Of a stretch of DNA of 52,302 nucleotides, positions 18,434-27,522 are shown one piece after another; the stretch's first letter is position 1, and every line of letters begins with the position of its first letter. Source of the DNA: Desulfobacteraceae bacterium (GTDB lineage Bacteria; Desulfobacterota; Desulfobacteria; Desulfobacterales; SG8-13). The notes under the pieces are model-generated. The model did not search any database, was not told the DNA's origin, and saw only the letters and a program-made list of their open reading frames with translations. Location of the stretch: assembly GCA_029287875.1 (NCBI GenBank), contig JARFQH010000101.1, positions 1 to 52,302 of the forward strand, given 5' to 3'. A program made the translations under genes and the position numbers.

Positions 18434-19288
18434 CTAAAGGATAAACGAGGTCACGACGTAGTCGGCGACAAGAATCATCACACACGAGAGCACGACCGCC
18501 GAAGTGGTAGACAGACTCACACCCTTGGCACCGTGGCCGTCGGAGCGCATATGAGTAAAAAAGCCCTGAAAGCAGCAGATGGTAATGACCAGAATCGAAA
18601 ACACGAGCGCTTTGATGAACCCGCCGCGGATGTCTTCGAACTGCGTGCTGGACACCACGCGATAGAAATAGGAGCCCGAATTGACGCCCAGCAGCAGACA
18701 TCCGCTGACCCAGCCGCCCATGATGCCGACCAGGTCGAAAAACGCGGTCAATATGGGGAAGCTGATCAACCCGGCCGCAATCCGCGGGCTGACCAAATAC
18801 CCGAGGGGATCGATGCGCATGGTCTGCAAGGCATCGATCTGCTCGGATATTCGCTGAATACCGATCTCGGCTGTCATTGCCGAACCGGCCCGGGCCGTGA
18901 TCATGATAGCGGTCAACACCGGCCCCAACTCCCGGATCAACGACAGGCTCACGGCCGTGCCCAACACGCCTGCCGAACCGAACTTGATGAGCACATAATA
19001 GAGCTGCAGCCCCATCACCATTCCCGTGAACAGACCGACCAGCATAACGATAGTGGCGGACCGCGCACCGATAAAGTAGATCTGGTGCAGGATTTCCGGT
19101 ATCTGCTTGATCCGGAAGATCATCACGAAGGCTCGCAGAAAAAAAAGGACAACGGCCCCCAGGTTGTTGTTCAGCCGGATGGCGATGCGTCCGAACGGAT
19201 CGAAGATGGTCGGTTTGCTCGAGGGTCCCTCTTCCAAAGAAGAATTTTCAGATACAACCTCTTCAAAAACGTCTTTACTCATGATCAT
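18434..19288 (-). CDS. mlaE: ABC transporter permease MlaE
   Basis: 284 aa, multi-TM, with MlaE-like sequence (IGARSATIVMLVGLFTGMVMGLQ ... ELGPVLTAIMITARAGSAMTAEIG). Confidence 0.85.
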   Translation of the reverse strand: MIMSKDVFEEVVSENSSLEEGPSSKPTIFDPFGRIAIRLNNNLGAVVLFFLRAFVMIFRIKQIPEILHQIYFIGARSATIVMLVGLFTGMVMGLQLYYVLIKFGSAGVLGTAVSLSLIRELGPVLTAIMITARAGSAMTAEIGIQRISEQIDALQTMRIDPLGYLVSPRIAAGLISFPILTAFFDLVGIMGGWVSGCLLLGVNSGSYFYRVVSSTQFEDIRGGFIKALVFSILVITICCFQGFFTHMRSDGHGAKGVSLSTTSAVVLSCVMILVADYVVTSFIL

Positions 19289-19513
19289 TTCCTGTCGGTT
19301 GCGGAGAATCCGTTAGAGAAGTCATAGCCATGAAACACCTGGCAACCGATGCAGCCGATGCTTTGAATGGCTAAAAGATAACCTGCATACCCAAAATTAC
19401 AATACTTTAGAGTTTCGTTCCATCGGAATGACGACCGCCGGCGACTCATCGCGCAGGCCGGTCGAGAAAGCTGCCGGCACTGAAAGCGCGGCTCTTCTGC
19501 GACCGCTTGATGC

Positions 19514-19541
19514 TTGACAAGCCGAAGGCCGGAACTATGAT
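19514..19541 (+). promoter_or_regulatory. Sigma70-like promoter TTGACA-16-TATGAT upstream of sodC
   Basis: Consensus -35 hexamer and near-consensus -10 hexamer read directly. Flanked by the inverted repeat gccgaagg / ccttcggc (19521-19528 and 19570-19577). Confidence 0.5.
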
Positions 19542-19697
19542 TTCATTATTATCGACACGCAGACGGCATCCTTCGGCCTTGCGCTTCGTCGGTTAATACA
19601 ACCCTCATCAAAAGGGCAAGACAATAATAAAGAGCCAAAAACGAGAGCTTGTTTTAACTCATGTCAATCCACAAATTACCGAAAGGAGAATCTAAAA

Positions 19698-20219
19698 ATG
19701 AAATCGTTGCGCATGGTCGTTGCAGGTCTATTGCTTAGTGTCGGGTCTGTCTGGGCCGCGGACATGACGGTGACGATCAATTCCCTCGACGAAGGTGGTG
19801 TGGGACCGTCCATCGGAACGATCAGGGTCTCTTCGAGTCCCTATGGAACGATTTTTACACCGGATGTCAATGGCCTGACACCCGGCCTGCATGGTTTTCA
19901 CGTTCACGAAAACCCGAGTTGCGCGGCTGCCGAGAAGGATGGGAAATCAGTCCCTGGACTGGCAGCCGGCGGGCATGACGACCCCTCTGGAACCGGCCGG
20001 CACGATGGACCGTATGGTCAGGGGCATTTGGGTGATCTTCCGCCACTGTATGCCGATCAGGATGGACACGCCACTCTACCGGTGCTGGCGCCGCGCATCA
20101 AGGTCTCCGATCTCAAGGGGCGCTCACTCATGATCCACGCCGGCGGCGACAATTACTCGGATAGCCCGCAGAAACTCGGCGGCGGCGGGGCCAGGGTGGC
20201 TTGTGGTGTAATTAAATAA
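19698..20219 (+). CDS. sodC: Periplasmic Cu/Zn superoxide dismutase
   Basis: Signal peptide; GFHVHE, GGHDDP, GDLP and HAGGDNYSD metal-binding motifs; AGGAGA SD. Confidence 0.95.
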   Translation: MKSLRMVVAGLLLSVGSVWAADMTVTINSLDEGGVGPSIGTIRVSSSPYGTIFTPDVNGLTPGLHGFHVHENPSCAAAEKDGKSVPGLAAGGHDDPSGTGRHDGPYGQGHLGDLPPLYADQDGHATLPVLAPRIKVSDLKGRSLMIHAGGDNYSDSPQKLGGGGARVACGVIK

Positions 20220-20292
20220 AACGGGACAAACAAATTGACCAAAATTGTGCAGGATTTTGGTTTGTGTTCCAGGCGCGTTAAATATCGCATGC

Positions 20293-21399
20293 TTACCGTA
20301 CGCGGTCTTTAAGGGCCTCGGCAATGACATCCAGGGCACGTCTAACCAGTTTTTTTTCCGCTTGGGACCCCATGTGGCCGAGCCGGAAAACCTTGCCGGC
20401 CAGTTGACCGTAGCTGCCACCGACCACAAGTCCCCGTTTGCGCGCTGCGGTGTCGAAGTCGGACCATGACATCGCTGCCGGCAGGTAGACGGCTGTGACC
20501 GTGGGTGACGGAACAGCGCCAGGTGCAGGAAAAATTGTCAGCCCGATATCTTCGAGCCGGCGGCGGCAGTCGTCAGCCACCACGGCATGGCGCTCGAAGA
20601 CCGCTGCCAGCCCTTCGGTGAGGATCATTTCTGCACCGGCGTGAAGAGCCGCCAGACCGTGCCAGTTCGGTGTATAGGGAAAATAACGCGTCTTTTGAAC
20701 ATGACGAAAGGGATTCAACGCGTCGTATCCTAAATAGTTCACCTGTTCGACAATCTCCCAGGCATTCTCGCTAACCGATAGAAAGGCCATATCAGGGGGC
20801 GCACTCAAGCACTTCTGAGCGCCTCCCAGACACAAGTCGATATGCCAATCATCCGTTAAAACCGGTACGCCGCCGATGCTGGAAACGGCATCGACATAGA
20901 GCAGCGGCACCCCGTGCTCTTTCTTCAAACGACCGAGATCCGCTATCGGGTTAAGGGTACCGGAAGGCGTCTCACAATGCACGGCAGTCATCATTTTTGG
21001 TTTGAAAGCCGCAATCGCCTGTTCGATTTCGCGTGTATCGGATATCGTTTGATCGTCGGGCAGGCTGACTTTACGCACCTCGGCCCCGACCGCAGCCGCC
21101 ATATCGGCAATGCCGTGACCGAACAAACCGGTGGCAACGGACAGCACCCGGTCACCGGGTGACAAGCAGCTCTTAAGAGCACTCCAGAGAACCACCATGC
21201 CCTCGCCGGACTGGATCACCACCGTGTCGGTTGTCGCCATTATCCGCTGCAGCCCGGCGACCGTGCGATCATAAAGGTCGAAAAACTCGGTTTCCAGATC
21301 GGCCGAGCCGTAATCAGCCGTCAGGGCTTCGATCACGGCCCGTGGCAAACTGACCGGTCCGGGGACCATGGGTATGGGATATTTTTCCATCGTAGTCAC
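20293..21399 (-). CDS. Class V aminotransferase (alanine-glyoxylate / serine-pyruvate aminotransferase family)
   Basis: 368 aa. Family-typical N-terminus (IPMVPGPVSLPRAV) and a PLP-lysine region (LGGAQKCLSAPP). Confidence 0.8.
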   Translation of the reverse strand: MTTMEKYPIPMVPGPVSLPRAVIEALTADYGSADLETEFFDLYDRTVAGLQRIMATTDTVVIQSGEGMVVLWSALKSCLSPGDRVLSVATGLFGHGIADMAAAVGAEVRKVSLPDDQTISDTREIEQAIAAFKPKMMTAVHCETPSGTLNPIADLGRLKKEHGVPLLYVDAVSSIGGVPVLTDDWHIDLCLGGAQKCLSAPPDMAFLSVSENAWEIVEQVNYLGYDALNPFRHVQKTRYFPYTPNWHGLAALHAGAEMILTEGLAAVFERHAVVADDCRRRLEDIGLTIFPAPGAVPSPTVTAVYLPAAMSWSDFDTAARKRGLVVGGSYGQLAGKVFRLGHMGSQAEKKLVRRALDVIAEALKDRVR

Positions 21400-21495
21400 C
21401 TCTGGTTGAAAAATTACTCATATGTTTGTATACGCCTTTGGAGAACAGACTGCAAATACGCAATATATTTTAACGCTGTGCATAAAGGAACGAAG

Positions 21496-22095
21496 ATGAG
21501 GATTCCGTCTCGAGAAAACTGTTACCGGCTCATACGCGAGATGCGCATGATGGAACATATCGTGCGGCATTCCCTGCAGGTCTGTCGCGTGGCGGAGTTA
21601 CTGGTGCAACAGCTTGGCGAAAAGGGGCGGACACTCAACCGGGACCTGGTCCAGGCCGCGGCTTTGCTGCACGACATCACCAAGACCCGCAGCCTGACAA
21701 CCGGAGAGAAACATTCTGAAAGCGGCTGTGACCTGCTTGTCGATCGCGGTTACGCGGAGGTGGGTGACATTGTCCGACAACATGTCAAGTTGGACACCTA
21801 TTTCGCCAGCGACACGCCGTCAGAAGCCGAAATCGTCAACTACGCCGACAAACGGGTCCTGCACGACCGCATCGTCAGCCTGGACGAGAGAATGGCCTAT
21901 ATTCTGGAGCGATACGGGGACACACCCGAATATCGCGCTCGCCTCCGCTGGTTGTGGGATATCTCGAATCTGCAAGAAAAAAGGATTTTCGCCGAAATGC
22001 CATTTTCTCCTGCCGGCATAGAACTGCACATGGAAAAAGTCGATCTGGCCGTCGAGCTGCAGAAGGTCCTCGTGCCGATTGAACCGCTGGTTTAA
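21496..22095 (+). CDS. HD/HDIG domain phosphohydrolase
   Basis: HS...V and AALLHDITK (HD motif), plus the YADKRV downstream motif. The ATG at 21496 follows AAAGGAA; the ORF is open from 21406. Confidence 0.75.
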   Translation: MRIPSRENCYRLIREMRMMEHIVRHSLQVCRVAELLVQQLGEKGRTLNRDLVQAAALLHDITKTRSLTTGEKHSESGCDLLVDRGYAEVGDIVRQHVKLDTYFASDTPSEAEIVNYADKRVLHDRIVSLDERMAYILERYGDTPEYRARLRWLWDISNLQEKRIFAEMPFSPAGIELHMEKVDLAVELQKVLVPIEPLV

Positions 22096-22154
22096 AAGAC
22101 CTTCGCTCATCAGCCGTTCGCACCGGTATGATTCCATAGATAGGAAAACGGAAA

Positions 22155-22733
22155 CTATTTCACCCGTTGCGCTTTCTCAATTACAACCGGTTCGACCGGC
22201 ACATCCCGGAACATACCGGAATTGCCCGTCTTGACGCCCGAAATCGCATCGACGACCGTCATTCCCTCAGTCACCCGTCCGAAAACGGCATAGCCCCAAC
22301 CCTGGGGTGTTTTTTCTCGATAATTCAGGAAATCGTTGTCGGCAGTGTTGATGAAAAACTGGCTCGTGGCGCTGTGAGGATCGCCGGTACGCGCCATAGC
22401 GACGGAACCGCGCGTGTTTTTCAAGTTGTTGTCGGCTTCGTTGGAAACCGGTTTTTCAGTGGGTTTTTTCTTCAAGTCCGCCGTCAAACCACCGCCCTGG
22501 ATCATGAATTTAGGGATCACGCGGTGAAAAACGGTGCCGTCGTAAAAACCGGCATCCACGTATGAGAGAAAGTTCTTCACGGTTGCGGGTGCCTTTTGCG
22601 GAAAAAGCTCGATCACGATGCGACCTTTTGAGGTTACCAATGCGACCCGGGGATTGACGGCGGCTTGATCTGCCGCGGCAGCCGACTGCCCGACGACCAG
22701 AATAATCAAGACCAACCAAGATAAGGTTTTCAT
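22155..22733 (-). CDS. Periplasmic cyclophilin-type peptidyl-prolyl cis-trans isomerase
   Basis: Signal peptide plus [14 protein letters not shown] and SQFFIN, the cyclophilin hallmarks. Confidence 0.9.
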   Translation of the reverse strand: MKTLSWLVLIILVVGQSAAAADQAAVNPRVALVTSKGRIVIELFPQKAPATVKNFLSYVDAGFYDGTVFHRVIPKFMIQGGGLTADLKKKPTEKPVSNEADNNLKNTRGSVAMARTGDPHSATSQFFINTADNDFLNYREKTPQGWGYAVFGRVTEGMTVVDAISGVKTGNSGMFRDVPVEPVVIEKAQRVK

Positions 22734-22902
22734 CTCATTGCCTCCGTTCCATTAAATAATTCAACCAGGATTCATCGTTTCAAAAATGATCAAAACCGTC
22801 ATTCCTTGACCTCTTTCTCCCAATAAATCAAAGGAAGAACCTTAAATGATGAATCAATGATCTGTCAACCGGTACGGAGCACAGCCCGATCGATCAGTTT
22901 AC

Positions 22903-22931
22903 TTGACCCCCGGCGGATTGGCTGTTATTAA
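22903..22931 (+). promoter_or_regulatory. Sigma70-like promoter TTGACC-17-TATTAA
   Basis: Hexamers read directly with 17-nt spacing. Lies about 400 nt upstream of the next plus-strand ORF, inside a divergent intergenic region. Confidence 0.45.
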
Positions 22932-22937
22932 TATGTG

Positions 22938-23201
22938 CTATTGATTCGTAAATTCGATAATGAACTTACGAACTCAGGACTTAGTGCTGAGTGAGCAATT
23001 ACGCTTATACATTATACTTAAGATACGTAACCGTATTTGCGAATCGAAGCACTTAGGGTCACGGTAAGAAATAATTCCACACGATTGCGTCGGATTATGG
23101 TTTGTCTACAAGGCACATCCACCTGCGCATATCGGAATACGTGTGGGTGGATGTAACGCAGTAGACGGGCCATAAGACCGCCAGAGGTGGAATTATTTTT
23201 T
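22938..23201 (+). ncRNA. Candidate structured RNA (sRNA or cis-regulatory leader) ending in a U-tract
   Basis: Small 5-prime hairpin ttcgtaa/ttacgaa (22945-22972). A 130-nt rod-like hairpin at 23069-23198 is closed by a perfect 12-bp stem (aaataattccac/gtggaattattt) with inner helices of 6, 6 and 9 bp joined by three U-G pairs, followed by T6. Confidence 0.35.
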
Positions 23202-23328
23202 GCCGGGGCCCTTAGTCGGCGCCGGATGTCGGAATGATCATTTGACATCACGTGCAACCGGCAGGAACAGTGGTTCGGCCAACCGGATGAACCGCCGCTC
23301 GAAGGCGGTGTAACGCAAGAGTCGGTTC

Positions 23329-25164
23329 ATGGAAGACAACTCTAAAGAGAGCTCCGATCCTAATTCCGGCAACCGCTTTTCCATGTCGGATGTAAAGGCT
23401 GAAGCAGGAAACAGCCCGCGAACCGACCCATCGCCCCCCACCGAGCTGCCGCAGCGCTATGTGGTCAAGGATATCGGGGGCAAGAAAATGTTGACCTGCC
23501 TCGAGGCCCCCAATCTGACCGTCCTGATTCAGGCCGGCTTTACGGTGTCGGCCGCCACCGCGCGCAAGGCGCCCCCGGGGACCATCTACCTTGACGGTGT
23601 CGCCCTGAGCGAACCGTTTCTGGATCACGAAAAAAAAATCTACAATCTCGACCATCACGAAGGGTGTGTACGGACATTCACCCTCGCAACTTGCGAACAG
23701 GCCCTGGTCATGATCCTGAAAGGGCTGGATCTGCGCGACCGGGAATGGCAGATCTACGCCAACGAGCCCGACCTGGACACGATACTGGCGATTTGGCTGA
23801 TTATCAACCACCAGCGCATCAGTCGCAAGGAACCGATGCATTTGCGATTTCTGTATGCGCTGGTCCGTCTCGAAGGCGTCATCGACGCCCTGGGATTAGA
23901 GTTGAAGGAATTCAGCGCCCTGCCGCCCGAACATCTCCGCAGAACCCAGCGTGTGATTGACTTCCTGCGCAAAGATGAAATCCAGCTTAAAAAAGACGGA
24001 CTGTGGGAAGAAGTCGATTTCCTGGAGTATACCGCGACAATCCTGCATAAAATTGACCGCATTATCTACAAATCGAGCGAATTTACCGACTTCAAGGGTA
24101 TCAAGGAACTGGCGCGGGTCGACCTCGCCGGCGACCGACTCGTGGTGGTGGTGGAATCGGACACCGGCATTTACGAGCTCGAGCCGCACCTCAATAACCT
24201 CTACGGCACTCGACTTGGACTGGTCTTGCTGCAGAGGAGCCCCGGCACATATACCCTGCGCCGAATGGATTTGTTCATGCCGGGCGACCTCGAACCGGTT
24301 TACGAACGATTGAATTTCATCGACCCGGTCGTCAGGTGCCGCTCCCAAAACAACCGCTGGGGAGGGTCCTCCGACATCGGCGGTTCGCCGAGGGCAACCG
24401 GCACGAATCTCACTCCCAGGGAAATTGCCCAAGCCTGCCGCGACGCACTGCAAAAGCCCAGTATACGGCTGCAGGTCGCCGGATTGCTGAAAGCCGCTCT
24501 GCTCGTAACGGCCATCCTGGCACCCGCTGAAGTTTTGCGCCTGTTCTGGCATCCGGACGCCTGGTTCGCGAAAATCCTGTTCGGCCTGACCCTTTACCCC
24601 GCCTTCGACGCCGCGCTCCTGGTGATCGTTCTGACCGCCGTGTTTCTGACAATCCTGTCTTATCGAAAGTCATGGCAGTACGGGTTGAGCCTCCCTCTGG
24701 GAACGTCCTGGTGGTTGATACTCCCCGGTGCCGTCCTTTTCGGTTTCCTGGGCGGTATATGGCAGCCCGATATCTCGACCTGGGATGTGCATCTCTATAA
24801 GAAAATACTGTTTTTGATCATCACCCTGCCGCTGGCCCTGGAACTGCTGTTTCGCAGCCTGGTGCATGGCCTGTTGGCCCGCTCGGCCCGCATCCAGCAT
24901 TGCAGCAGCCATTGGTTTCTGTCATGGCCGACAGTCGGCTCCGCCTTTCTGTATGCCGTTTACATCGGCTACCGGCTGCTGCTCTCTTCCGGCTCTCTGG
25001 CGGAAGTGTTCACCGCCTGGACCACTGCAAACATCTTCAGTGCATTCGCTTTCGGTATCGCAGTCGGTTTGGTCAGGGAACGTTCACAGAGCATTCTTCC
25101 CGCCTTTTTATTTCACCTGATTACAGCGGCGGTAGTGGCGGCCGCCAACGGCCTTCTGCCGTAA
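23329..25164 (+). CDS. Fusion protein: unknown cytoplasmic domain of about 390 aa plus C-terminal multi-TM CPBP (CAAX protease/Abi)-like domain with degenerate motifs
   Basis: 611-aa ORF. The C-terminal part has PLALELLFRS (the EExxxR-type motif with the first Glu replaced) and FLFHLITAAVV (HxxxN with Asn replaced by Ala). The N-terminal part contains YNLDHHEG...TLATCEQ...EPDLDT. There is no obvious SD, so the start is uncertain. Confidence 0.6.
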   Translation: MEDNSKESSDPNSGNRFSMSDVKAEAGNSPRTDPSPPTELPQRYVVKDIGGKKMLTCLEAPNLTVLIQAGFTVSAATARKAPPGTIYLDGVALSEPFLDHEKKIYNLDHHEGCVRTFTLATCEQALVMILKGLDLRDREWQIYANEPDLDTILAIWLIINHQRISRKEPMHLRFLYALVRLEGVIDALGLELKEFSALPPEHLRRTQRVIDFLRKDEIQLKKDGLWEEVDFLEYTATILHKIDRIIYKSSEFTDFKGIKELARVDLAGDRLVVVVESDTGIYELEPHLNNLYGTRLGLVLLQRSPGTYTLRRMDLFMPGDLEPVYERLNFIDPVVRCRSQNNRWGGSSDIGGSPRATGTNLTPREIAQACRDALQKPSIRLQVAGLLKAALLVTAILAPAEVLRLFWHPDAWFAKILFGLTLYPAFDAALLVIVLTAVFLTILSYRKSWQYGLSLPLGTSWWLILPGAVLFGFLGGIWQPDISTWDVHLYKKILFLIITLPLALELLFRSLVHGLLARSARIQHCSSHWFLSWPTVGSAFLYAVYIGYRLLLSSGSLAEVFTAWTTANIFSAFAFGIAVGLVRERSQSILPAFLFHLITAAVVAAANGLLP

Positions 25165-25228
25165 GCCTATCATCCAATTCCCGAAGACAACGTCGAACCA
25201 TTCCAGCCCTGGAGCAGTCTGTTTCATA

Positions 25229-26338
25229 TTAGTTGATCCGATGGCGGAACAACCACGCGGCGACGATCAAATTGACGAAACCGATAATCGCCATCGGCCA
25301 GTATTGGCCGATCAGCAAATGAAACGGGGCGTTTTCCAGAAACACGCCCCGGATCACCACCATGAAATACCGCAGCGGATTGAGCAGGGTAATTTTTTGC
25401 ACCACCACCGGCATATTGGCGATCGGGGTGGTAAAACCGGAAAGAATAATGGCCGGCACCATGAACAGAAACGCCCCCATCAGCCCCTGTTGCTGGGTAA
25501 CGGCCAGGGAGGAAATCATCAGACCGATGCCGATGGCCGAGAGAATGAAGAGAAACAAGCCGGTGTACAGCGTTATGATGTGACCGCGCAGCGGAACGCC
25601 GAACCAGAAGACGGTGAGCAGGATAATCACGGTTGCCTCGGCAGTCCCGATGATGAATCCCGGCAGGGCTTTTCCGATCAATATTTCAACCGGCCGAAGG
25701 GGGGTCACCAGCAGCTGGTCGAATGTTCCCTGTTCACGCTCCCTGGCCACGCTCAGAGCAGTCACCAGAAGAGTGACCACCAGCGTCAGCAAACCGATGA
25801 TACCGGGAACAATGAACCAGCGGCTCTCCAGGTTGGTGTTGTACCAGGCCCGGATCTCAAGGTGGGCCGGGGGTGAAGTGCCCCCGTGACGTTGGATCCA
25901 CTCCAGGTTATACCGGGTGAGAATGGCCCTTACGTAGTTAAGGGCGATCATGGCCGTGTTTGAGTTGCGGCCGTCTACGATCACCTGGAGATCGGCCCTG
26001 CCCCCGGTCAAAAGATTGCGACTGAACTGCGGACCGATGTGGACCACCAAAAGGGCACCCTTGCGGTTGATCAGGGGAGCGATGTCGGCATTACGACTGA
26101 GCTGCCCGACCTCCTGAAAGTTAGTGGACCCTTTAAACCGGCTCAGCAAGTCGCGGGCCGCGGCTCCCCGGTCCTCGTCATAGACGGCGTAAGGAACGTT
26201 GTTCAGATCGTAGGTGGCTGCATAGCCGAAAACCAGAAGCTGCACGATTGGCGGGATGACGATGGTGAAACGGCTTTTCTTGTCTTTCATCAGCGCCAGG
26301 AACTCTTTTCGCATCAAGGCGACGATTCGCAGGAACAT
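25229..26338 (-). CDS. ABC-2 type transporter permease (YbhR/YhhJ-like)
   Basis: 369 aa with the N-terminal MRKEFLALMKDKKS motif, a large periplasmic loop and then 5 TM segments. Last gene of the exporter operon. Confidence 0.85.
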   Translation of the reverse strand: MFLRIVALMRKEFLALMKDKKSRFTIVIPPIVQLLVFGYAATYDLNNVPYAVYDEDRGAAARDLLSRFKGSTNFQEVGQLSRNADIAPLINRKGALLVVHIGPQFSRNLLTGGRADLQVIVDGRNSNTAMIALNYVRAILTRYNLEWIQRHGGTSPPAHLEIRAWYNTNLESRWFIVPGIIGLLTLVVTLLVTALSVAREREQGTFDQLLVTPLRPVEILIGKALPGFIIGTAEATVIILLTVFWFGVPLRGHIITLYTGLFLFILSAIGIGLMISSLAVTQQQGLMGAFLFMVPAIILSGFTTPIANMPVVVQKITLLNPLRYFMVVIRGVFLENAPFHLLIGQYWPMAIIGFVNLIVAAWLFRHRIN

Positions 26339-26346
26339 CGAACCCC

Positions 26347-27522
26347 CTAATCGAGTCGCTTGCGGGATTTTTTACGGCTCAGACCGAGAAAAAGCGCGGC
26401 AAACACCATCAATGCCAAAGCGTTGGGCAAAATCACCGACCAGACATTTCCGGCCAGAAATACCGTCTGCAGAATGGACACAAAATAGCGGGCGGCGATA
26501 AGGTGCGTCACGCCCTGGACCACTCTCGGCATGCTGTCGATGTCGAAGATGAAACCGGAGAGTAAAAAGGCCGGAAGGAAGGTGACAATGATGGCGGCCT
26601 GCCCGGCCACAAACTGGTTTTTGGCCGCAGTGGAAAGGAGGAGCCCCATCCCCAGAGCCACCAGCAGAAACAGCGCCGAAGTTGCCGTCAGGACCCAGAG
26701 AGACCCGGTCAGCGGGACCTCAAAAACCCAGACCGCCATGGCAACCGAAAGGCCCATTCCCCCCATCCCCATGATGAAGTACGGCAATAGCTTGCCCAGC
26801 AGGATCTCGTGCACGGCCACGGGGGTTACCATAAGGGCCTCCATGGTGCCGCGCTCCCACTCGCGGGCCACCACCAGCGCTGTCAACAGAGCCCCTATGA
26901 GGGTCATGATCACGGCGATCAGGCCGGGGACGAGAAAATTGCGGCTGCGCACGGCGCTGTTGAACCATACCCGCTGCTCCACCTGCACGGGCTGGCTCAG
27001 CGGGTTTCCAAGGCTCAATGAACGCTGCTCCATCCAGTTGAGCCAGGCGCCCTCCACATAACCGGACACCAGCCGGGCAGTGTTGGCATCGACACCATTC
27101 AAAATGACCTGCACCGCCGCGCCGCCCGGCCGTTGTAAATCCCTTGCAAAATTAGCCCGCAAGCCGATGATGCCGTCCACACGATGGTTCATCAGCGCCT
27201 CTTCGGCCTGCCGCATGTCTTTAATGACCACCGGTGCAAAGAAGTCGTTGTTTCTGAAAACCGCAAGGAAGCCTGCCGTATCAGCATCGGGCTTCTCGAC
27301 GACCACGGCGATGGGCACGTGTTCGGCGTCGAGGGAGACACCGTAGCCGAACAGCAGCAGCAGGACCACGGGCATGAGGAAGGCGATTCCGATACTGCTC
27401 GGGTCCCGCACCACCTGTAAAAATTCCTTGCGCACCAGACCGCGCAACCGCATCATCCCGCCTCCGCGGGCGTTTTCCGGTGCTGCGGTCCTCTTGCGAC
27501 CGTCTTCTTCCGAGGCTTTCAT
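26347..27522 (-). CDS. ABC-2 type transporter permease (YbhS-like)
   Basis: RKEFLQVVRDPSS motif and ABC-2 topology. The start at 27522 forms an ATGA overlap with the ATPase stop. The longer ORF to 27762 overlaps the ATPase and is Arg/Gly-rich nonsense. Confidence 0.85.
   Translation of the reverse strand: MKASEEDGRKRTAAPENARGGGMMRLRGLVRKEFLQVVRDPSSIGIAFLMPVVLLLLFGYGVSLDAEHVPIAVVVEKPDADTAGFLAVFRNNDFFAPVVIKDMRQAEEALMNHRVDGIIGLRANFARDLQRPGGAAVQVILNGVDANTARLVSGYVEGAWLNWMEQRSLSLGNPLSQPVQVEQRVWFNSAVRSRNFLVPGLIAVIMTLIGALLTALVVAREWERGTMEALMVTPVAVHEILLGKLLPYFIMGMGGMGLSVAMAVWVFEVPLTGSLWVLTATSALFLLVALGMGLLLSTAAKNQFVAGQAAIIVTFLPAFLLSGFIFDIDSMPRVVQGVTHLIAARYFVSILQTVFLAGNVWSVILPNALALMVFAALFLGLSRKKSRKRLD

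Noticed and set aside
23018-23841. Minus-strand ORFs 23018-23257 (79 aa) and 23248-23841 (197 aa) in and next to the structured intergenic region
   Set aside because: The first lies across the long hairpin and has no SD or motif. The second is antisense to the 611-aa ORF and Arg/Gly-rich. Neither has an independent signal.
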